In this document: one piece after another, positions 57,806 through 64,000 of the stretch
How positions within the stretch are numbered: position 1 is the first letter of the stretch
Layout of the letters: every line of letters starts with the position of its first letter
Assembly (NCBI GenBank): GCA_039028615.1
Contig: JBCCHT010000016.1
Coordinates: forward strand, 128,001-192,000
Source of the DNA: Myxococcota bacterium
Lineage (GTDB): Bacteria > Myxococcota_A > Polyangia > Nannocystales > Nannocystaceae
Length of the DNA stretch: 64,000 bases
Direction of reading: 5' to 3'
Program-made: the position numbers and the translations under genes
The notes under the pieces: generated by a model
The model's database searches: none
Told to the model about the DNA's origin: nothing
The model's input: only the letters and a program-made list of their open reading frames with translations

Positions 57806-60628
57806 ATGTGCTCCTCTGCACGCGCCGTCGCGGCTGCTTCGATCCTCGCTTCTCTGGGCCTGGGCGTGGGCTGCCGGGCTACACCGACGACCGAGACCCC
57901 CGACGGCATTCCTCCGGCGGCCGCGTCGCAGGGGCAGGGGCAGGGGCAGGGCGCCGAGGCCCGGCGTAGCGCCCCGCCGCGCAGGCTCCACGAGGTCGAG
58001 GGCATCACCGAGTACACGCTCGACAACGGGCTGCGGGTGCTGCTCTTCCCCGACCCGTCTCGGGCCCGGGTCACGGTGAACGTCACGTATCTCGTGGGAT
58101 CGCGCCACGAGGGATACGGCGAGACGGGCATGGCTCATCTGCTCGAGCACATGCTGTTCAAGGGCAGCGCCGCCTATCCCGAGCCCTGGCGGACGCTGGA
58201 AGACCACGGCGCCGACTACAACGGCACGACCTGGTACGACCGCACCAACTACTTCGAGACGATGCCCGCGACGCCCGAGAACTTGGACTGGGCGCTGCAC
58301 TTCGAAGCGGATCGGATGACCGAGTGCCACATCGATCCGGCAGAGCTGGCCAAGGAGTTCTCGGTGGTGCGCAACGAGTTCGAGATGGACGAGAACTACG
58401 CGCCGGGGGTGCTCGACGAGCGCGTCTTGTCGACGGCGTTTTTGTGGCACAACTACGGCAAGTCCACGATCGGAGCGCGGAGCGACATCGAGAACGTGCC
58501 GGTGAGCAAGCTGCGGCGCTTCTACGAGAAGTACTACCAGCCCGACAACGCGGTGTTGGTGATCGCGGGGGCCTTCGAGCCCGAGCAGGCGCTCGAGCGA
58601 GTCCACGAGTACTTCGGCGCCATCCCCCGGCCCGAGCGAGCGCTCGACGCCACGTACACGGTCGAGCCGATCCAAGACGGCGAGCGCACGGTGAGCCTCG
58701 AGCGGGTCGGTGACGTGGGGGTGGTGAACGTGCTCTTCCACGGGGTGGCAGGCGCCGATCCGGACTACGTGGCCGGTGAGGCGCTGGCGCACCTGCTCAC
58801 CGACGAGCCCTCGGGGCGGCTGTACCAGGCGCTGGTCGAGACGGGCCTGGCCGCGTCGGTCTACGGGGACTCGCCGTCGCTGCACGATCCGGGGTGGGTG
58901 CAGGTCACGGCCGAGGTGCCGGCCGGGCTCCCGCTCGAGCCGGTCCGCGACCGCATCTTCGAGGTGCTCGACGAGGTACGTGAGGGCGTCGACGAGGTCG
59001 AGGTCGCCCGCTTTCGCAACCGCCGGCTCAAGCAGCTCGGCCTGGCGATGACCGACAGCACCGAGATCGCCATCGAGCTCAGCGAGTGGGCGGCGCTCGG
59101 CGACTGGCGCATGTTCTTCGTGTATCGCGATCGGCTCGAGACGGTGCAGCCCGAGCAGGTTCGGGACTTTGCGCAGCGATTCGTCGTCCCGTCCAACCGC
59201 ACCGTGGGCCTATTCGTGCCCGCGAAGGCGCCCGTGCGTGCGCCGCTCGTCGAAGCGCCCGACGTCGACGCCGTCGTTCGTGGGTATCAGGGGCGCGCCG
59301 AGGTTCGGGCGGGGGAGCACTTCGTCGCGACGATCGACAACATCGAAGCGCATACCGAGCGCGCGAAGACCTCGGGCGGCATCTCGCTGGCGATGCTGCC
59401 CAAGAAGACCCGCGGCGGGGCGGTGACCTTGCGGCTGCGCCTGCGCGCGGGGAGCCTCGAGGCGCTGCGCGGCAAGGCCACCGCGGCCGAGATGGTGGGA
59501 GACATGGTGCTACGCGGCACGACCGAGCACTCCCGACAGCAGCTGCGCGACGAGTTCGATCGCCTGCGGGCCGACGTTTGGGTCGGCGGAACAACGGCCG
59601 GGGCGTGGGTCGAGGTCACCACCGTGCACGACAGCGTCCCCGAGGTGGTGGCGCTGCTGGCCGAGGTGTTGCGCTCGCCGAGCTTCCCCGCGGGGGAACT
59701 CGACGTGCTGCGCCGCGAGTCGCTGGCCGGGCTCCAGGCCTCGCGCAGCGATCCCACGACGCGGGCCTACGAACGCCTGTGGCAGGTCCTGAGCCCCTAT
59801 GCGCCCGACGATCCCCGCTACGCCCCGACGGTCGACGAACAGATCGCGCGGCTGAAGAAGGTGCGTCGGCGGGACCTCGTCCGGCTTCATCGCGACACCT
59901 GGGGGGCGGGGAACTTCCAGATCACGGCCGTCGGCGACTTCGATCCCGCGGCGCTGCGCCAGGCCGTCGAGCAGCACCTCGAGGGCTGGGCCGCCGAGCA
60001 GCCCTACCAGCGGCTTGCGTTCCCCCACCACGACGTCCCCGGGCGCGCGCCCATCGTCATCGACACGCCCGACAAGGAGATGGCCGTCGTGGTGATGGGG
60101 CAGACCTTCGAGCTGCGGGACGACGACCCCGACTATCCCGCGTTGCTGCTGGCCAACTTCGTGCTCGGGGGGGCCAGTGACTCGCGGCTGGTGACCCGCC
60201 TGCGTGAGCGCGAAGGGTGGTCGTACAGCGCATACGCCAGCCTCGACGTCGGGGCCATCGATCGCGGGTCGACCTTCACCGCCTCGGCCCAGTGCGCGCC
60301 GCAGAACCTCGACAAAGTGCACGCGGCGATGCTCGAGGAGATCGAGCGCATGCTGACCGAGGGAATCGCGGAGGCGGAGCTCACCGCGGCCAAGGAGAGC
60401 TATCGCGCCAGCTTCGAAACGCAGCTCACCAGCGACGGGGTGGTGGCGGACCGGCACCTCTCCGACCTCTTCCTCGATCGGACCCTCGCGTTCACCCAGG
60501 CCGAGAACGAGGCCATCGAGGCGGTCACGCCCCAGCAGCTCCGCGACGCACTGCAGCGTCACCTGAAGATGGACGGCTTCGTCACCGTGCTCGCGGGTGA
60601 CATGACCCGCGCGAAGCAGGCGGGCTGA
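57806..60628 (+). CDS. M16 family zinc protease (fused two-half, pitrilysin-like) lipoprotein
   Basis: GMAHLLEHMLFKGS (HxxEH), NGTTWYDRTNYF, YYQPDNA, LREREGWSY. Confidence 0.92.
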   Translation: MCSSARAVAAASILASLGLGVGCRATPTTETPDGIPPAAASQGQGQGQGAEARRSAPPRRLHEVEGITEYTLDNGLRVLLFPDPSRARVTVNVTYLVGSRHEGYGETGMAHLLEHMLFKGSAAYPEPWRTLEDHGADYNGTTWYDRTNYFETMPATPENLDWALHFEADRMTECHIDPAELAKEFSVVRNEFEMDENYAPGVLDERVLSTAFLWHNYGKSTIGARSDIENVPVSKLRRFYEKYYQPDNAVLVIAGAFEPEQALERVHEYFGAIPRPERALDATYTVEPIQDGERTVSLERVGDVGVVNVLFHGVAGADPDYVAGEALAHLLTDEPSGRLYQALVETGLAASVYGDSPSLHDPGWVQVTAEVPAGLPLEPVRDRIFEVLDEVREGVDEVEVARFRNRRLKQLGLAMTDSTEIAIELSEWAALGDWRMFFVYRDRLETVQPEQVRDFAQRFVVPSNRTVGLFVPAKAPVRAPLVEAPDVDAVVRGYQGRAEVRAGEHFVATIDNIEAHTERAKTSGGISLAMLPKKTRGGAVTLRLRLRAGSLEALRGKATAAEMVGDMVLRGTTEHSRQQLRDEFDRLRADVWVGGTTAGAWVEVTTVHDSVPEVVALLAEVLRSPSFPAGELDVLRRESLAGLQASRSDPTTRAYERLWQVLSPYAPDDPRYAPTVDEQIARLKKVRRRDLVRLHRDTWGAGNFQITAVGDFDPAALRQAVEQHLEGWAAEQPYQRLAFPHHDVPGRAPIVIDTPDKEMAVVVMGQTFELRDDDPDYPALLLANFVLGGASDSRLVTRLREREGWSYSAYASLDVGAIDRGSTFTASAQCAPQNLDKVHAAMLEEIERMLTEGIAEAELTAAKESYRASFETQLTSDGVVADRHLSDLFLDRTLAFTQAENEAIEAVTPQQLRDALQRHLKMDGFVTVLAGDMTRAKQAG

Positions 60629-60818
60629 AGCGCACGCGTTGTCCGACGGTCAGTATTTTCGCGGTCCCCGGGCTACGGGCTTGGGGGAGCGACACCACGG
60701 CCTGACTCTCGTCGAAGGGAGGACCCGACGGCTGGGCCGCCTCGACACGCGGATTCGATCGAGCCGCGCACTCGAATTACATGCGGCGCGCGAGGGCTTC
60801 TCTTGCGAGGCTTCGTGC

Positions 60819-61865
60819 ATGCATGGGTGGCAATGGATGGGCGCACTGATTCCCGTGGCCTTGGTGTTGGGCTGCGGCTCGGGCACGGGTGAAGGCGCCG
60901 ACGACGAGGCGGCCAGCGGCGACACGACGATGGCGACGGGCAGCGACTCGAGCCCGACCGTCGACGATGACGATGACGATGACGGCGGCTCGGATGCCAC
61001 CGGGTCCATGGACACGGGCAACGCCACGTCTTCGGCCGACGAAACCGGAGACACCACGGGCGGAGACGACAGCGGCAGCACAGGCGAAGAACCGCCCGAG
61101 TTCTTTCATACCTGCGGTCGCGGCGGCCCGACCGGCGACTGGTTCACCCGGGAGGTGCCCTATCCCGAAGGCACGAGCCTCTACGACGGCACGCCGGTCA
61201 CCACCGCTCGCTACGATGTCTTCGCACCTCCACCCGGCGACACGCCGCTGCCATTGGTCATCGCGCTGCACGGTGACAACGGCAACCCCGGGGCGACCAA
61301 GAGCGACTGGAACTACCTGCTGGAGCTGGAGGAGTTCATCCTGGTGACCCCGCAAGAGCCTCACCAAGAGGTCGACGGAGGCGAGGCGGACAACGGCTGG
61401 GACAACTACCCGGCCCAGACGCGGGGCTTCCTGTTCGAGATCCTATTCGACGTCGCCGCGGTCTACGACATCGACATCGACCGGCTCTACGCGACCGGAG
61501 CTTCGGCGGGGGGATGGTCGGGAGGGCAGAACTTCTTCGTCATGCAGGACGTGTTCGCGGCGGTGCAGCTGAGCTGCGGCTCGTCCAACAGCCCCGCGTA
61601 CCAGCTCCCCGAAGACCCGAGCTGCCTGACGCCCGCGCGCTTCGAGATTGCACCCTCCGATTTCCTCTACTCCGCGTCCGTCAACGCCTCGGAGTTCCTG
61701 ATGGAGCAGGGCAACGAGGTCGTGTTCCACGAGACGGAGTGCGAAGGGCACTGCTGCGGCCAGCAGGAAGACTACGGCGGCGCGGCCTGGGACTTCTTCT
61801 CGGCGCGGAGCTACTGCGGCACGGTGTCGCCGCCGGGCTGTGGCCCCATCGCCGTCCTGCCCTGA
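60819..61865 (+). CDS. Alpha/beta-hydrolase (PHB depolymerase/esterase-like) lipoprotein
   Basis: PLVIALHG, IDIDRLYATGASAGG (GxSxG), C-terminal GH; lipobox LVLGC. Confidence 0.8.
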   Translation: MHGWQWMGALIPVALVLGCGSGTGEGADDEAASGDTTMATGSDSSPTVDDDDDDDGGSDATGSMDTGNATSSADETGDTTGGDDSGSTGEEPPEFFHTCGRGGPTGDWFTREVPYPEGTSLYDGTPVTTARYDVFAPPPGDTPLPLVIALHGDNGNPGATKSDWNYLLELEEFILVTPQEPHQEVDGGEADNGWDNYPAQTRGFLFEILFDVAAVYDIDIDRLYATGASAGGWSGGQNFFVMQDVFAAVQLSCGSSNSPAYQLPEDPSCLTPARFEIAPSDFLYSASVNASEFLMEQGNEVVFHETECEGHCCGQQEDYGGAAWDFFSARSYCGTVSPPGCGPIAVLP

Positions 61866-61876
61866 GGGCTCCGTCG

Positions 61877-63118
61877 CTACGGGTTGCTGAGCACCAGCGT
61901 CAGCGAGTCGTCTTCGAAGGTCGCGGTGACCAGGTCGTCGATGCCGTCGTTGTTGAGGTTGGTGGCGTGGATGCGGATGGCGGTGGAGGGCAGGACCACG
62001 CGCTCGTAATCGCTGAGCTCGCCGCTGCCGTCGCCGAAGGTCCACACCAGGAACTCGTGCTGGTCGCTCACCGAGATCACGTCCAGGTGCCCGTCGCCGT
62101 TCACGTCGCCCACCGTGGTGTCGTAGGGCGTGTAGGTGTCGAGCCCGGTGGGGGTGGTGGGTATGAAGCCGCCGGTCCAGTTGGCGCGTAGCACCTGGAT
62201 CGAGGAATCGTCGTAGCTCGACACGATGAGATCGGTGAGCCCGTCGTCGTCGAGGTCGCCCGAGCGCACCGACCAGGGGGAGACATCGACCCCTTGCTCG
62301 CGCGGGAACGCGAAGTGGGCGGGGGCGGTGCCCATCATGGTGGTCACGTCGTAGTCGCGATCGACCAGCGCCACGTCGATCAGGCCATCGTGGTCGAAGT
62401 GCCCCGTGGTCATTCCGTTGGGGTTGAAGTTGCTCCAGTCGGGGTTGCCGATCTCGGAGCTCTCGACCGCCCACACCCCGTGCCCGCCGTTGCCGAGGGT
62501 GACGTCGATGAAGGCGGAGTCGGGCACGCGCAAGGAGATGAGGTCGCCGTCGCCGTCGCCCTCGAAATCGACCACCGCGCTGCTGCGGATGGCGGTGGAC
62601 TCGAAGGTCGGCCAGGCGCTCCAGGGCTGCAGGGTGCCGTCCGGCTGCGCCTCGAACACGGCCAGGTCGTTGGCGCACCCGCGGGTGATGACGTCGGTAC
62701 GGCCGTCTCCGGTCAGGTCGCCGACGACGGGGAAGGCACTGCAGCCGGAAAACCCGGGCGAGAAGCCATCGCCGAAGCCACCCATGCCGTCGCCCAGGAA
62801 CGCGACCGCGGTCACGCCGACGCCCGACTCCACGCCGGCCACGAACAGGTCGATGTTGCCGTCGCCGTCGAAGTCTCCGACCTCGAGGGCCATCGGCGTC
62901 AGGGCGGCGTCGATGTTGATGGACGTGACGGTGGGCGCCGAGACGTTGCCGATGGGCGCGACGAAATCGAGATCGTCGTTTCGCTCCAGCCCGGCCGGGT
63001 CACCTCCGTCGGTGCAGCCGGCCACCGTGGCCACGAGCCCCGCACCAATCCACCCCAGCTTCGTCCACCGTGCACGTTTCACGTCCTCAATCATGGCCGC
63101 TGGGGTCCGTTTCGTCAT
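61877..63118 (-). CDS. FG-GAP/VCBS repeat lipoprotein
   Basis: Repeated GDFDGDGNIDL / GDLDDDGLTDL motifs; start uncertain. Confidence 0.85.
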   Translation of the reverse strand: MTKRTPAAMIEDVKRARWTKLGWIGAGLVATVAGCTDGGDPAGLERNDDLDFVAPIGNVSAPTVTSINIDAALTPMALEVGDFDGDGNIDLFVAGVESGVGVTAVAFLGDGMGGFGDGFSPGFSGCSAFPVVGDLTGDGRTDVITRGCANDLAVFEAQPDGTLQPWSAWPTFESTAIRSSAVVDFEGDGDGDLISLRVPDSAFIDVTLGNGGHGVWAVESSEIGNPDWSNFNPNGMTTGHFDHDGLIDVALVDRDYDVTTMMGTAPAHFAFPREQGVDVSPWSVRSGDLDDDGLTDLIVSSYDDSSIQVLRANWTGGFIPTTPTGLDTYTPYDTTVGDVNGDGHLDVISVSDQHEFLVWTFGDGSGELSDYERVVLPSTAIRIHATNLNNDGIDDLVTATFEDDSLTLVLSNP

Positions 63119-63382
63119 CCCAACCCGCACAATTCGCGTACAGAAACGATTATTGAGGGAAGAAATGTAAGTCTGGGCCACAAACGCCGGACACCATCTC
63201 TGCCACCATGTCAGGGATTCACTTCTTCGAGAATTGGCAGCCCCATGTCCGATCGTTCCCATCACGTCGGCGCTTCACGCGGCAGCGGCCGCCGAGTTGC
63301 CTGCCCCCGGTCTACGGAAAATGGCGCGAAGGTGAACGGATTTGCCGTCGGTGGGTACTCCCCCAATCGCGAGGCGTAGGCG

Positions 63383-63772
63383 ATGTTCGAGATTCAATCT
63401 TCCGAGGTGCAGACCCTTCGTCCGTATTCGTCGCAGACCGTCGATCGGTTGATGGTCGAGCTGCGGATTCGCTTCCCGCAGTGGTGCGCGGAGCAGACCG
63501 ACGAGCAGCTCCGGGGCTTCATCCTCTGCGGCTGTGAAGACGCGGTCATGTACGGCTTCAACCGCGAGGAGGACGTCGTCCGCATGGTGACCATATTCGC
63601 GGTGTTCGGCCTCGACTTCGTCCTCGACCGCCGCATGAAGTGGGCGACGCGCTTCCTCAACCCCAAGTCGCCCATGCCCGCGCCGATGCGCATTCAGCTG
63701 CTGCACGAGCGGGTGATGCGGATGGTGGGGCTGCCGGTCACGCTGGACTTCGAGCATCGCGCGACGGCCTGA
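63383..63772 (+). CDS. Hypothetical small protein
   Basis: 129 aa, high GC3; YGFNREEDVVRMVTIFAVFGLDF. Confidence 0.65.
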   Translation: MFEIQSSEVQTLRPYSSQTVDRLMVELRIRFPQWCAEQTDEQLRGFILCGCEDAVMYGFNREEDVVRMVTIFAVFGLDFVLDRRMKWATRFLNPKSPMPAPMRIQLLHERVMRMVGLPVTLDFEHRATA

Positions 63773-63848
63773 GCGGGTCCACGATCCGAGTCGACGCAGC
63801 GTGATCCGGGTCCCGCTTTCGTGACCCCGCCGGCCCAGCCGACGTCGT

Positions 63849-64000
63849 ATGGTCGACGGGCCAATGCGTACGTACTGCCGGATCTGCGAAGCGGCCTGTG
63901 GTCTTCGGGTCGAGCGCGACGGGGGCGGTGCGGTGATCGGGCTCAAGCCGGATCGCGAGCATCCGGTCAGTCGCGGGCATGTCTGCGCCAAGGGCACGCG
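63849..64000 (+). CDS. Molybdopterin oxidoreductase, N-terminal 4Fe-4S domain; partial, not in ORF track
   Basis: Manual translation MVDGPMRTYCRICEAACGLRVERDGGGAVIGLKPDREHPVSRGHVCAKGT (CxxCxxxC...CxKG). Confidence 0.85.
   Translation, partial: MVDGPMRTYCRICEAACGLRVERDGGGAVIGLKPDREHPVSRGHVCAKGT

Noticed and set aside
57928..57951. (GCAGGG)4 tract as G-quadruplex or phase-variable repeat
   Set aside because: An in-frame hexamer encoding a QGQGQG linker; unremarkable at this GC content.

Overview
GC-rich bacterial DNA, very likely from a myxobacterium (Myxococcota, probably Nannocystales-like). That is inferred from the many lipoproteins with S/T/D/G-rich linkers, two Ser/Thr kinase-TPR paralogs and an Mx162-like retron. 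Three loci stand out. (1) 31180-44777 (minus strand): a complete retron locus, in transcription order a 931-aa helical-repeat protein, a 2208-aa WD40+HEAT protein, a winged-helix/degenerate-SWIM/WGR-like protein, an internal sigma70-type promoter, the msr-msd ncRNA (a1/a2 arms, candidate branching G, 29-bp msd stem; predicted msDNA about 165 nt), the retron RT and a translationally coupled stand-alone WGR protein. It resembles the bioinformatically defined type XIII retrons, with extra or altered components. (2) 7946-9448 (minus strand): a 59-aa ORF missing from the ORF track, with a double-glycine leader and a His/Trp-rich core, directly upstream of a JmjC/ribosomal-oxygenase-like enzyme. This is a candidate undescribed RiPP pair. 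(3) 1-4815: an RNA-repair locus with a TROVE/Ro60 gene (partial), rtcR, rtcB and rtcA, and two sigma54 promoters. The rest encodes an RND pump, a multiheme cytochrome, kinases, proteases, GH1, SDR, MFS, threonine aldolase and many hypothetical lipoproteins. All family calls come from motif recognition by eye; no database searches were run.
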